Assembly (NCBI GenBank): GCA_017447305.1
Contig: JAFSNY010000080.1
Location: 20,884 to 84,883, forward strand
Direction of reading: 5' to 3'
From: Bacilli bacterium
GTDB lineage: Bacteria > Bacillota_I > Bacilli_A > RFN20 > CAG-826
DNA: 64,000 bases
In this document: piece after piece, positions 18,239-28,499 of the stretch
How positions within the stretch are numbered: the stretch's first letter is position 1
Layout: each line of letters starts with the position of its first letter
Made by a program: the position numbers and the translations under genes
Notes under the pieces: generated by a model
What the model was told of the DNA's origin: nothing
Database searches by the model: none
What the model saw: only the letters and a program-made list of their open reading frames with translations

Positions 18239-20059
18239 ATGAAAGTAGTGTCAATTTATAAAAAACATCTACCTGCGATGATCTTTGGCCCAATGTTAAA
18301 AATAGTGGAGGCTTTTTTTGATTTGCTTATCCCCCTATTCATGAAGGCTATTATCGATCTCCAAAACTATGCGGTTATCGATGATTTTCCAAATAAGTTA
18401 ACAGGATATATTGCTAAATTTATTAGGAGTTTTAGTCCTTGGGTAAGTGATCGCGCTTTAAGCGATGCGTTGATTGGCGGAACATTCATTTTAGCGATGG
18501 GAATTGTTGGATTCTTAATCACGATGGTTTCACAGTTTATCGCCGCCATTACCTGCGTGAAAGTTGGAACTGAGATTAGAAATACAGCCTATCTCCATAC
18601 GATGAAATTATCTAAACGAGAAAGAGAAAAGATTGGGAATGATAGAATTAACACCATTCTTAATAACGATACTTATCAGGTTCAACAAGGAGTCCTTATT
18701 TTTGTTCGATTAATCATAAGAGCACCTTTAGTCCTTATTGGTGCATTAGTCTTTTCCTTTATTCTTAATGTTTCAATCGGATTTATCTTTGTTATGATTG
18801 TTCCAATCATTTCAGTAATCGTTGTTTTTGTAATGTATCGTTCTTCTAATGCATACACAAGGATCCAAGGAGAAGTAGATAACGTTTCTAGTTATACAAG
18901 AGATGCATTACTTGGTAATAAAGTCATTCATGCCTTTGATAAGAAAGAGGAAGAATCCTCCGAATTTAAAAAAGTTAATAATTCTTATAAATATAGAGCG
19001 ATGAACGCAGTGAGGATTACTTCTTTAGTCAATCCTTTAACATTTGCAATTATCTCTCTAGCGATGATTATGGTTGTCTTCTTTGGCGGAACACCGATGT
19101 TTGATAATCCTGACGCTAGTGCGCTTGCTTCAACCATTATGGCGGAAGTTCAATATCTTGGACAAATTCTCTTTGTTGTTATGCAGTTAAGCAACGTTGT
19201 TTTAATCTTCACTAAAGCGAGAGTGTCACGTCATCGTATTGATTCTCTTCTCATGATTAATCCATCAATTATCGATGATGAAAAAGCGTTAACAAAAGAG
19301 ATAAATAACGGGGAATGTCTATATTCTTTTAATGATGTTTCTTATAAATATGAGGAAAATGGTAACGCGGCAATTAGCAAAATTACTTTTGATATAAAGA
19401 AGGGTCAATCAATTGGATTTATCGGTGGAACCGGATCTGGTAAATCAACATTAATATCTTTATTTAATCGTCTTGATGATATCAGTGATGGAAAGCTTTT
19501 ATATAAAGGAATGGATATTAAAGAATATCGATTAAAGAAACTAAGGGATGAAGTTGGTGTTGTTTCTCAAAAAGCCACTTTATTTAATGGCACAATAAAA
19601 TCTAATTTACAAATTGGAAGGTTCGATGCGAGTGAAGATGAAATGATTCACGCTTTAACTATATCCGATGCATATGAATTTGTTTCTAAATATGACGATG
19701 GAATTAATCATGAAGTAGTGGACCAAGGAAAGAACTATTCTGGCGGCCAAAGACAAAGATTATCCATCGCAAGAGCGTTACTTAAAAAAAGAGAAGTTAT
19801 CATCTTTGATGATTCAACCTCCGCATTAGATTTATTAACGGAAAAAAGAGTGAGAGAAAATATCGATAAAGAATATCAAGATATGACAAAGATTATCGTC
19901 TCTCAACGTATTTCCTCAGTGATGAATTGTGACGAGATTTATTTGTTAAATAAAGGACAAATAATCGCTAGGGGAAGTCACAACGAATTATTAAAGTTAT
20001 CTCCTGTGTATAAAGAGATTTACGAAAGCCAAATCGCTAAGGAGGGTGCTTCATTATGA
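18239..20059 (+). CDS. ABC exporter, fused permease-ATPase, subunit 1 of a heterodimeric pair
   Basis: 6-TM domain followed by Walker A GGTGSGKST, signature YSGGQRQRLSIARA and Walker B IIFDDSTSALD. Confidence 0.9.
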   Translation: MKVVSIYKKHLPAMIFGPMLKIVEAFFDLLIPLFMKAIIDLQNYAVIDDFPNKLTGYIAKFIRSFSPWVSDRALSDALIGGTFILAMGIVGFLITMVSQFIAAITCVKVGTEIRNTAYLHTMKLSKREREKIGNDRINTILNNDTYQVQQGVLIFVRLIIRAPLVLIGALVFSFILNVSIGFIFVMIVPIISVIVVFVMYRSSNAYTRIQGEVDNVSSYTRDALLGNKVIHAFDKKEEESSEFKKVNNSYKYRAMNAVRITSLVNPLTFAIISLAMIMVVFFGGTPMFDNPDASALASTIMAEVQYLGQILFVVMQLSNVVLIFTKARVSRHRIDSLLMINPSIIDDEKALTKEINNGECLYSFNDVSYKYEENGNAAISKITFDIKKGQSIGFIGGTGSGKSTLISLFNRLDDISDGKLLYKGMDIKEYRLKKLRDEVGVVSQKATLFNGTIKSNLQIGRFDASEDEMIHALTISDAYEFVSKYDDGINHEVVDQGKNYSGGQRQRLSIARALLKKREVIIFDDSTSALDLLTEKRVRENIDKEYQDMTKIIVSQRISSVMNCDEIYLLNKGQIIARGSHNELLKLSPVYKEIYESQIAKEGASL

Positions 20060-21786
20060 ACAAAGCCTTCTTAAAGCGTTATGTATTCATCTACAAGAAA
20101 GACATCGCTCTTATTTGTCTTTTCGTTGTTTTATTCCTAATCTCTCAACTATCCCAGCCATTCATTATTGGTAACATGCTCGACCACGCTTTGATGAACG
20201 ACAAGCAAACATTCGTCATTGAGATGGTTGTTTTAGCGACATTATCTCTTGTTGGAGTATTTTCTAACTTTGCCTTTGAATATTTATCTGGTGTGATTAC
20301 ACAAAAGGTTATTTATCAAGTTAGAGAAGATATATTTAGAAAATATAATTCCATTTCTATTGAGAAAATGAATCAATATTCATTAGGTGATTTATTACAA
20401 CTTGAAATTAATGATATGGAAAATGTTTCAAATGGAATATTTGCCTTATTTAAATCATTCTTAGAAGGAATAATTGCGATTTTAGTCACAATTATCATCA
20501 TGCTTTATATCAACTGGCTACTTGCTTTAGGTGTCATTCTTCTCACCCCATTAAGCGTTATTATGTCTCGCTTTGTTGGTAAATTCTCGCATACATATTT
20601 CAAGAAACAGAGTAAACTCCAAGCTGAACTTAATTCCATCTCAGTGGAAGCTATCTCTAATGGTGATATTCTCAGTTCATTTAACTATGAAGAAGAAAGC
20701 ATTAAGAAATACATCGCTAAGGATGAAGAATTATCAAAAGAAGCGAAAATCGCACAGTTTTCTGCCTCTTGGATCAATCCATCCACTCGTTTAGTTAATA
20801 ATACGATTTATGCAATTATCGGTATCGCAGGAATCATCATGATTTCATATTCATCAAATAATGTTTTAATCTCACTACTTGCGATAATGAGTGTTGGAAA
20901 ACTTTCATCCTTCCTCTCATATACATCTCAATATTCCAAACCATTTAATGATATTTCTTCGATTATTGGAGAATATGAAGCAATGAAGGCTTCAATTGAT
21001 AGAATGATGAAATTCTTAAATGAAGAAGATGATGTTGATGAAGGTGATAAAACACTCAATAATCTATCATCTATTATCTTTGATAATGTTTCATTCTCTT
21101 ATGATAAGAACAAAACACTAATCGAAGGATTTAACACTAATATTTCATCTGGCATGAAAGTTGCGATTGTTGGGCCAACAGGCGCGGGCAAGACCACTCT
21201 TATCAACCTATTGATGAGATTCTATGATCCTGATTCTGGAATCATCAAATATAACGATATCAATGGAAAAGAAATTAAAAAGTCTTCTTTAAGAAGTAAT
21301 TTTGGTATGGTTCTTCAAGAGACATGGATATTTAAGGGGACGATTTTAGAAAACGTCCGTTATGCGAAAAGAAATGCTACTAACCAAAAAGTTATCGAAG
21401 CGTGTCAACGCGCGCATTTGGACGAATTTGTTTCTTCCTTACCACAAGGATATGAAACAGTTATTTCTTCAAACGACGGTTTATCCGAAGGACAAAGACA
21501 AATGATCTCTATCGCAAGAGTGATGCTCGCTAATCCAAGCATTATTCTTTTAGATGAAGCAACTAGTAACGTTGATACAAGAACAGAGAAATTAATTATC
21601 AATTCCTTCGACAATATGACCAAGGGCAAAACATCAATTGTCATCGCTCATCGATTATCAACGATCGTTAACGCTGATATGATTCTTGTTTTGAAAGATG
21701 GTAATGTCATTGAACAAGGAAATCACGAACAACTACTTAAGAAAAAAGGTTTCTACTATTCAATGTACATTTCCCAGTTTAAATAG
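20056..21786 (+). CDS. ABC exporter, fused permease-ATPase, subunit 2 of a heterodimeric pair
   Basis: Walker A GPTGAGKTT, signature LSEGQRQMISIARV and Walker B ILLDEATSNVD. It overlaps the upstream gene by 4 nt. Confidence 0.9.
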   Translation: MNKAFLKRYVFIYKKDIALICLFVVLFLISQLSQPFIIGNMLDHALMNDKQTFVIEMVVLATLSLVGVFSNFAFEYLSGVITQKVIYQVREDIFRKYNSISIEKMNQYSLGDLLQLEINDMENVSNGIFALFKSFLEGIIAILVTIIIMLYINWLLALGVILLTPLSVIMSRFVGKFSHTYFKKQSKLQAELNSISVEAISNGDILSSFNYEEESIKKYIAKDEELSKEAKIAQFSASWINPSTRLVNNTIYAIIGIAGIIMISYSSNNVLISLLAIMSVGKLSSFLSYTSQYSKPFNDISSIIGEYEAMKASIDRMMKFLNEEDDVDEGDKTLNNLSSIIFDNVSFSYDKNKTLIEGFNTNISSGMKVAIVGPTGAGKTTLINLLMRFYDPDSGIIKYNDINGKEIKKSSLRSNFGMVLQETWIFKGTILENVRYAKRNATNQKVIEACQRAHLDEFVSSLPQGYETVISSNDGLSEGQRQMISIARVMLANPSIILLDEATSNVDTRTEKLIINSFDNMTKGKTSIVIAHRLSTIVNADMILVLKDGNVIEQGNHEQLLKKKGFYYSMYISQFK

Positions 21787-21836
21787 CAATCTAATGGAGA
21801 TACATGCATTTATTTTCAAAAGGAGTGAATGAAAAA

Positions 21837-22424
21837 ATGAAGAAAATTATCTATGTTAACGCGATTATTCGTAAAGATGAATCAAGAACCAAAAGACTCA
21901 TCGATAACATTCTAAATGGAGTGAAAGATGAGGCTGAACTTATCGAAATTAATCTTAATGATTTAGATTTAACTCCATACAATGAAATTTCATATGACGA
22001 TAAAGTACAAAATGGAACCCCAGATCTTTTCTTTAATTATTCAAAGCTTATTGCTGAGAGTGATGGTTTAGTTATTGCTTCTCCGTTTTGGGATATGTCC
22101 TTCCCTTCACTTTTAAAATCATTCCTTGAGAAAATTTCATTATTTGATGTCATGTTTATCAGCGATGATAAGAAATGCATTGGTATCGCTAAATGTCCAT
22201 TCATGTATTATGTGACCACTAGAGGTATGGATATCCATGATGGTGATGAATTAGAACAAGGAACCCCATACCTTAAAGCGTTATGTTGGCTTTGGGGAAT
22301 CAAAAAGTTTGATGTTACATCATGTTCTAACTTCGATTACATAGGTGAAGATGCAATTAATAAAGAGATTGACAGAAAGAGCGTTGAAGGCATTAAAAAA
22401 CTTAAAAAACTTCTTGAGAATTAA
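21837..22424 (+). CDS. Flavodoxin-like NAD(P)H-dependent FMN oxidoreductase (azoreductase/quinone reductase-like)
   Basis: The start at MKKIIYVNA follows an aaggag RBS. ASPFWDMSFPSLLKSFLEKI resembles the AzoR/flavodoxin-like-fold family. Confidence 0.55.
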   Translation: MKKIIYVNAIIRKDESRTKRLIDNILNGVKDEAELIEINLNDLDLTPYNEISYDDKVQNGTPDLFFNYSKLIAESDGLVIASPFWDMSFPSLLKSFLEKISLFDVMFISDDKKCIGIAKCPFMYYVTTRGMDIHDGDELEQGTPYLKALCWLWGIKKFDVTSCSNFDYIGEDAINKEIDRKSVEGIKKLKKLLEN

Positions 22425-22497
22425 TCGACTCTTTCTAATCTTTACTATTTCATATACAATACAATAAAGGGCTACCTTATTAATAAGGAGTGAACTT

Positions 22498-24342
22498 ATG
22501 TCTGACGATATCTTACTTCAACCATTAAAAGCATATAACACTGTGTACCGCGAAAAGTTCAAAGAAACAGCGGAACTCTTTTTCGAAGAACTCAAAAATA
22601 AAGCTGGCACTGATGTTGAACTTAATAAAGAAACAATTAAAAGATTGAAACAAGAACAAGCCGCGAGAGCGCTTCTTGCTAAGAAGAGAAATTCGCAAAA
22701 AGGTCTTAAAGGTTTTGTCATTTTTCTCATCATTCTCTTCTTTATTGCTTCTATCGCGATGGTTATCGTTGGACCAGTTCTTAAGAAGATTCCATATCTA
22801 CCTGCAATATTATCCGCGGTTGGCGCGGTTATTGTCGCAGTTGGATTCATTATCATCGTTGTTAAGATTCTTAACACGAGAATTAAGAAACTAGATGAGG
22901 AAATTGCTAAAAGGGATGCAGCAATAGCGGAATTAACCGAAGAAGCTAAACGTCAAATGGCGTCCCTCAATTCCCTATATGACTGGAATATGGCAGCATC
23001 TGTTTTCACCAGCGTTATTCCATTAACTCAATTAGATCGTATTTTCGATTCAAAGAAACACGCTTTAATGGTGCAAAAATATGGTCTTGATGGAACTAGT
23101 AATCCAGATATCTCCGCTTTATATGTTCAGTCTGGTTCTATCTTAGGAAACCCATTCCTTGTTCAAAGAGCCAAAGTCCATAAGATTATTGATAAGACAT
23201 ACACTGGTAGCTTAACAATTACGTGGACAACCATTTCTCATGACTCTAAGGGTAATTCTTATACGGTCACCCATTCTCAAACTTTAGTGGCCACTGTGAC
23301 AAGACCTGCTCCTGATTATCATCATGAAACAACACTTATCTTTGCTAATCCAGCCGCTCCTGATTTAGTGTTTTCTCGTAAGCCTCAAGGCATGACTGGC
23401 AAAAATGAAAAACAAATCTTTAAATTTGTTAGAGATCAAGAAAAAGAAATTGCTAAACTCGCTGAAAAGTCCATCTCTAGAGGTGGCAACTTCACTCCTT
23501 TGGCAAACTCTGAATTCGAAGCTTTATTCCATGCATGGAATCGTAATCATGAGCAACAATTTAGATTATTGTTCACCCCATTAGCTCAACAAAATGAAGT
23601 TGAGTTAGTAACAAAAACAGATGGATTTGGCGATGACTTTAGTTTCTATAAACATAAGATGATAAATGAAATCGTCTCTAGACATAGTCAAGCTATCGAT
23701 TATAGTGGTAACCCACTTGACTATATTGATATCGATTATGAAGCTGCGAAGCGTAAATTTGTTAATTACTGTATCTTATTCTGCAGTGGTTTATATTTCG
23801 ATTTAGCGCCTCTACTTTCTATTCCTTTATATCAACAAACCAAATCTCTTGAGTTCATCTACGGAGATGACACTCCTGAAAACTATTCATACTATGAGCA
23901 CGAATCGATGGCGAATTCCTTTGATCCAAGGATATTCGCTCACGAAGATACAACAACCGACGTTATTCTTAAGACTTCTTGTATTAGAAAAGATGGGAAG
24001 GCTGATAAGGTTAATGTCACAGCTTATTCTTATCGTGGAGAACCTAGAGTTACCTTCGTTCCAAAACTTGGAGGAGATGGGAGAACTCATAACGTTCCTG
24101 TTCACTGGACCGAATATATTCCAGTTGAAAAAGAATCGACCATGGAAGTTGCTGATACAAGCGCATCAAGGTTTGATTTTAACGATAAAATAAGGAATAA
24201 TGGTTTTGACGAGTTCATCAGAAGATATGCTACTGGTGGCGCATACTCGTTTAGACGCGGTCTACTCGCTATTTTTGGTGGGGAATCATATAGTTCCTCG
24301 TCCGATAGTGAATTAGACGGTTACTTCCGTAAGGAAGAATAA
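22498..24342 (+). CDS. Large hypothetical membrane protein (614 aa) with an N-terminal coiled-coil, two TM helices and a large C-terminal domain
   Basis: Strong RBS (aaggagtg). The TM pair is FVIFLIILFFIASIAMVIV / LPAILSAVGAVIVAVGFIIIVV. There is no recognisable domain. Confidence 0.55.
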   Translation: MSDDILLQPLKAYNTVYREKFKETAELFFEELKNKAGTDVELNKETIKRLKQEQAARALLAKKRNSQKGLKGFVIFLIILFFIASIAMVIVGPVLKKIPYLPAILSAVGAVIVAVGFIIIVVKILNTRIKKLDEEIAKRDAAIAELTEEAKRQMASLNSLYDWNMAASVFTSVIPLTQLDRIFDSKKHALMVQKYGLDGTSNPDISALYVQSGSILGNPFLVQRAKVHKIIDKTYTGSLTITWTTISHDSKGNSYTVTHSQTLVATVTRPAPDYHHETTLIFANPAAPDLVFSRKPQGMTGKNEKQIFKFVRDQEKEIAKLAEKSISRGGNFTPLANSEFEALFHAWNRNHEQQFRLLFTPLAQQNEVELVTKTDGFGDDFSFYKHKMINEIVSRHSQAIDYSGNPLDYIDIDYEAAKRKFVNYCILFCSGLYFDLAPLLSIPLYQQTKSLEFIYGDDTPENYSYYEHESMANSFDPRIFAHEDTTTDVILKTSCIRKDGKADKVNVTAYSYRGEPRVTFVPKLGGDGRTHNVPVHWTEYIPVEKESTMEVADTSASRFDFNDKIRNNGFDEFIRRYATGGAYSFRRGLLAIFGGESYSSSSDSELDGYFRKEE

Positions 24343-24364
24343 ATATTTAGTCGGAGGAAATTTT

Positions 24365-25042
24365 ATGGCTAATGAATTAGACGAACTAGATGAATCGCTA
24401 GTTAATAAGGAAGGACGCGAAACCCACGTCATCGAAAAACAAATCCCAGTTAAGGTTGGCCCAGGTAGCACTGTTTTCCAAATCATGCTTTGGGTTCTCG
24501 GAATCATTCCAGGACTTATCTTCCTCATCATGAAGATTAAAGCGCAAAACTATCTCAGAGGTTTACAACAAAAGATCAACCACAATGCATCACAAATTGA
24601 TAACTACATCGAACAACGTGTTGTTATTCTTCAAAACGTTGCAGCTTTACTTGATAAAGCCGTCGATTTAGATAAAGACACCATGACAAAAGTCGCAAAA
24701 TATCGTGGTGGTGGTAGAGCGGATGCTGATGCTGAACGTAGTGAAATCGGAAGCGCTGTCGAATCAATTTCTAGAACCATCAATGTTGCTTTCGAAGCTT
24801 ATCCAGATTTAAAGGCTCACAAAGAAATCGCGGATGCTATGCAACAAAACTCTTATTTACAAAAAGAGATTACTGCTGCTAGAGAAATCTATAACGATAC
24901 CGTTTTACTTTGGAACCAAGAAATTTTCAAATGGCCAACAAAGATGATCGTTGCCGCCAAAGCTGGATACACAAGCCGTATTCCATTCTCAACCTCTCAA
25001 GAGATTAAGGATAGAAACAGAAGCGAAGTATTCTTCAAATAA
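24365..25042 (+). CDS. lemA: LemA-family protein
   Basis: N-terminal TM; AYPDLKAHKEIADAMQQNSYLQKEITAAREIYNDTVLLWNQEIFKWPTKMIVAAKAGY matches the conserved LemA core. Confidence 0.75.
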   Translation: MANELDELDESLVNKEGRETHVIEKQIPVKVGPGSTVFQIMLWVLGIIPGLIFLIMKIKAQNYLRGLQQKINHNASQIDNYIEQRVVILQNVAALLDKAVDLDKDTMTKVAKYRGGGRADADAERSEIGSAVESISRTINVAFEAYPDLKAHKEIADAMQQNSYLQKEITAAREIYNDTVLLWNQEIFKWPTKMIVAAKAGYTSRIPFSTSQEIKDRNRSEVFFK

Positions 25043-25060
25043 TCAAAAAACAATGAAACG

Positions 25061-25088
25061 AAAATCCTGGGCGACCAGGATTTTTATT
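25061..25088 (+). terminator. Rho-independent terminator after lemA
   Basis: aaatcctgg-gcga-ccaggattt followed by TTTTATTT. Confidence 0.7.
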
Positions 25089-25140
25089 TGTTAAATACAA
25101 ATATCATTGTAAAATAAAGACGTCTCTAGGAGGAATTTAT

Positions 25141-26301
25141 ATGCCAGACATCAAGGAAAGAGTGAGCCAACTCTTCAAAGAAAAATTTGAAAAAGAACCA
25201 CAAGAAATCTTTTCCTGTGGAGGTCGCTTTGAAATATTAGGTAATCATACTGACCACAACCATGGTTTATGTTTAGCGGCGACTTGTAATTTATCAATCA
25301 CCGCAGCGGTAAGTAGAAGAGATGATAATATCATCCACTTTGAATCAGTTGGATATTCTCCATTTGAAATCAATCTTGATGAACTTGATGTTAAAGAAGA
25401 AGAAAAGAATTCCTCACCAGGACTTGCTAGAGGTATTGCCTTTTATTTAAAAGAACATGGTTATAAATATGGTGGATTTAATGCGATATCAGAATCTACG
25501 ATTTTTCCAGGCGCTGGTGTCTCTTCAAGTGCTGCGTTTGAATTATTAGTCGCGGAAATCTATAACTACTTCTATAACCACGATAGAATTGAAAAAATGG
25601 TCCTTTGTAAAGCAGGACAATATGCAGAGAACAATTATTTTGGTAAAAAGTCTGGTCTTTTAGACCAAATTGGTGTGGGATATGGAAATATTGTCGCTAT
25701 CGACTTTAAAGACATCGAAAAGCCAGTTGTTGAGCAAGTTAAATTCCCATTTGAACATTTACATTTCGTTATCGTTAATACTGGTGGAAGTCACGCTGAA
25801 CTTAGCGATTTATATTCTGCAATTCCACAAGATATGTATAACGCCGCAAAGATAATGGGCCATAACTTCTTAAGAGAAGGAACCTTAGAAGAACTTGAAG
25901 AAAAGGTTCATGATATGTCAGTCATGGAGTTTAAACGCGCTCTCCATTTCTATCAAGAAAATAAGAGAGTGGAACTTGCTCTTCAAGCCATTAGAGAACA
26001 AGATGAAGAAACATTCCTTTCTTGCATCAATGAATCATGTATTTCTTCCACAAATAATTTGAGAAACATGATGGTGGGAGATAAGCGCGAAGGATCACCT
26101 CTTGAAGCATGTGAATTAGCCTTAAAAGTCATGGAAGGGCACGGTGCTGCTAAAATCAATGGCGGAGGATTCGCTGGAAGCATCATCTGTGTTGTTCCAA
26201 CCGATTTTCTAGAAACATTTATCACCCAAATGGGAGATAAATATGGAATTGATAATGTCAAAGAAGTATTTGTAAGAAAAACTGGACCAATCGCTGAATG
26301 A
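25141..26301 (+). CDS. galK: Galactokinase-family GHMP kinase
   Basis: GGRFEILGNHTDHNHGLCLAA is the galactokinase signature; PGAGVSSSAAFE is the GHMP ATP-binding motif. Confidence 0.8.
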   Translation: MPDIKERVSQLFKEKFEKEPQEIFSCGGRFEILGNHTDHNHGLCLAATCNLSITAAVSRRDDNIIHFESVGYSPFEINLDELDVKEEEKNSSPGLARGIAFYLKEHGYKYGGFNAISESTIFPGAGVSSSAAFELLVAEIYNYFYNHDRIEKMVLCKAGQYAENNYFGKKSGLLDQIGVGYGNIVAIDFKDIEKPVVEQVKFPFEHLHFVIVNTGGSHAELSDLYSAIPQDMYNAAKIMGHNFLREGTLEELEEKVHDMSVMEFKRALHFYQENKRVELALQAIREQDEETFLSCINESCISSTNNLRNMMVGDKREGSPLEACELALKVMEGHGAAKINGGGFAGSIICVVPTDFLETFITQMGDKYGIDNVKEVFVRKTGPIAE

Positions 26302-26371
26302 TATTAAATCATTGAATTTCCGCCTCTTTTGACTAAAATAGATAATATATTAACCAAAATTTGAGGCAAAT

Positions 26372-26608
26372 ATGACCGCGATATCAATCAAAAAAGACAC
26401 TCCATTAAAAATAAAAATCGCTATTCGACTTAGAACGATTCGTCGAAAGAAAAAAGTATCACAAGAACAATTATGGTTGCTCTCTAGCGTTTCGCTAGGA
26501 TCGATCAAAAGATTTGAAAGAACAGGAGATATCTCTCTAGATTCATTAATCAAAATTGCTACTGCGTTAGATCAACTCGATAGCGTTGAACAATTATTCA
26601 AAAAATAA
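26372..26608 (+). CDS. XRE-family helix-turn-helix transcriptional regulator (78 aa)
   Basis: IRLRTIRRKKKVSQEQLWLLSSVSLGSIKRFERTGD is a typical Cro/C1 HTH. Confidence 0.65.
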   Translation: MTAISIKKDTPLKIKIAIRLRTIRRKKKVSQEQLWLLSSVSLGSIKRFERTGDISLDSLIKIATALDQLDSVEQLFKK

Positions 26609-26616
26609 TATTTAAA

Positions 26617-26643
26617 AAATCTCACACTTGTTGAGATTTTTTC
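26617..26643 (+). terminator. Rho-independent terminator
   Basis: atctca-cacttgt-tgagat followed by TTTTTTC. Confidence 0.6.
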
Positions 26644-26649
26644 TTGATA

Positions 26650-26697
26650 CAATCAATGGTTGATTGAAATAAGATAAACTTATGGTAAAATCATACG
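26650..26697 (+). promoter_or_regulatory. Putative sigma-A promoter with an overlapping perfect inverted repeat (operator candidate) upstream of the second ABC exporter pair
   Basis: IR caatcaa-tgg-ttgattg (26650-26666). TTGAAA -35, a 16-nt spacer and an extended -10 tgGTAAAAT ending at ~26690. Confidence 0.45.
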
Positions 26698-26707
26698 TAA
26701 TAAACTT

Positions 26708-28498
26708 ATGATTTTTAACAAATACATCAACAAATACTACCTCAAATACATATTGTTCTTCGCAATAGGTGTTTTTGCTTTGATTATGGTGGATATCGTT
26801 CAAACACAGATTCCAAAGTTTTTAGGGCAAATTGTTGATAATATTGACGCTCTTTCAAATGATATGAGTGAACTATGGAAAATCATCAGAATGATGATGC
26901 TTTACACTGGCTTGATGTTTGTTGGAAGAGTCGCGTGGAGATTATCAATTTTCCGCGCAAGTACAGGAATTGAAGCTAATCTTCGTAAGGAAATGTTTGA
27001 AAAATCAGAGAGATTACCAACCTCTTTCTACCATGACACGAAAGTAGGAACGATTATGTCGTGGTTCACTAATGATATTGAAACCATTGGTGAATTCTAT
27101 GGATGGGGAACAATCATGCTGGTTGATGCTTTCTTCCTCTCTGTTATCGTTGTCGTTCAAATGATTATGAACGTTGATATTTATTTAACACTTATTGCTT
27201 TAGCGCCAATTCTGTTAATTGTTATCTGGGGCGCTCTTGTAGAAAAATACATGTCAATCAAATGGGAAGAAAGACAAAAAGCCTATGATGATTTATATGA
27301 CTTCGCTCAAGAAAACTTCACTGGTATTAGAGTTATCAAAGCTTTCGTTAAAGAAACAAAAGAAATTCATGCTTTTGCTAAAGTTGCTAAGAGAAATAAA
27401 GACGTCAATATTACTTTCGCTAGAGTCTCAATTCTTTTCGATGTTTTAATCGAATTAATTATCGCTATAGAATTTGCTTGTATCTTAGGTTTCGGTGGAT
27501 GGTTTGCTTTTAATTTTGCAATGGGAACTCCTGTTCTTATTTGGGGTCACCAAGTTGATTTAAGTATTGGTAAATTAATGGAATTCGTTGGATATATCGA
27601 TATCTTAATTTGGCCAATGATTGCTTTGGGTCAAATTGTCACAATGCGTTCAAGAGCGAAAACATCACTTAAACGTATCGCAAACTTCTTAGACACTCCA
27701 GAAGATGTTAAGAGTCCGAAAGACGCGATAGTATTACAAAATGTTAAAGGTAAAATTACCTTCAATCATTTCTCATTTAAATATCCAAGCAATGAATACG
27801 ATTCATTGACCGATGTTTCCTTAACAATTAATCCTGGTGAAAAGGTTGGTATTGTCGGGAAGATTGGCTGCGGTAAAACAACATTAGTCAATTCCTTATT
27901 ACGTTTATATAACATTGAAGAGAACACTATTCTCATCGACGATGTTGATTTGATGAAATGTGACATCACTTCATTAAGACAAAATATTGCATACGCTCCT
28001 CAAGATAATTTCTTATTCTCAGATAAAATTACCAACAATATTGGATTCTCATCTTCAGATCCAAGTGAAGAAGATGTTATTGAGGCCGCTAAATTTGCGG
28101 ATGTTCATGATAATATCGTTGAATTCCCTGATGGCTATAACACTGTGTCTGGTGAAAGAGGCGTCACCCTTTCTGGTGGACAAAAGCAAAGAATATCTAT
28201 TGCACGTGCTTACTTTAAGAAAGCACCAATCCTTATATTAGATGACTCTGTTAGTGCGGTTGATGTCAAAACAGAGGAAGTAATTCTCAAAAATATTATG
28301 GAGAAACGTCAAGGATTAACAACTTTAGTTGTTGCGTCCCGCGTTTCCACCATTATGCATATGGATAAAATCATCGTTTTAAACGAAGGTAAACTTGAAG
28401 CTTTTGGAACCCATAAAGAGCTTTTAGAAACCTCTGAAGTTTATAACAGAATGGTCTATCTCCAAGAACTCGAAGCTGAAGTGGAGGGAGGTAAGTAA
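26708..28498 (+). CDS. ABC exporter, fused permease-ATPase, subunit 1 of the second heterodimeric pair
   Basis: TM domain; Walker A GKIGCGKTT; signature LSGGQKQRISIARA; Walker B LILDDSVSAVD. Confidence 0.9.
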   Translation: MIFNKYINKYYLKYILFFAIGVFALIMVDIVQTQIPKFLGQIVDNIDALSNDMSELWKIIRMMMLYTGLMFVGRVAWRLSIFRASTGIEANLRKEMFEKSERLPTSFYHDTKVGTIMSWFTNDIETIGEFYGWGTIMLVDAFFLSVIVVVQMIMNVDIYLTLIALAPILLIVIWGALVEKYMSIKWEERQKAYDDLYDFAQENFTGIRVIKAFVKETKEIHAFAKVAKRNKDVNITFARVSILFDVLIELIIAIEFACILGFGGWFAFNFAMGTPVLIWGHQVDLSIGKLMEFVGYIDILIWPMIALGQIVTMRSRAKTSLKRIANFLDTPEDVKSPKDAIVLQNVKGKITFNHFSFKYPSNEYDSLTDVSLTINPGEKVGIVGKIGCGKTTLVNSLLRLYNIEENTILIDDVDLMKCDITSLRQNIAYAPQDNFLFSDKITNNIGFSSSDPSEEDVIEAAKFADVHDNIVEFPDGYNTVSGERGVTLSGGQKQRISIARAYFKKAPILILDDSVSAVDVKTEEVILKNIMEKRQGLTTLVVASRVSTIMHMDKIIVLNEGKLEAFGTHKELLETSEVYNRMVYLQELEAEVEGGK

Positions 28499-28499
28499 T

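Noticed and set aside
22426-22497. Palindrome ccttattaataagg upstream of the 614-aa gene
   Set aside because: It overlaps the RBS region and is AT-rich. It is likely a fortuitous or weak hairpin rather than a defined operator, and is not reported as a feature.
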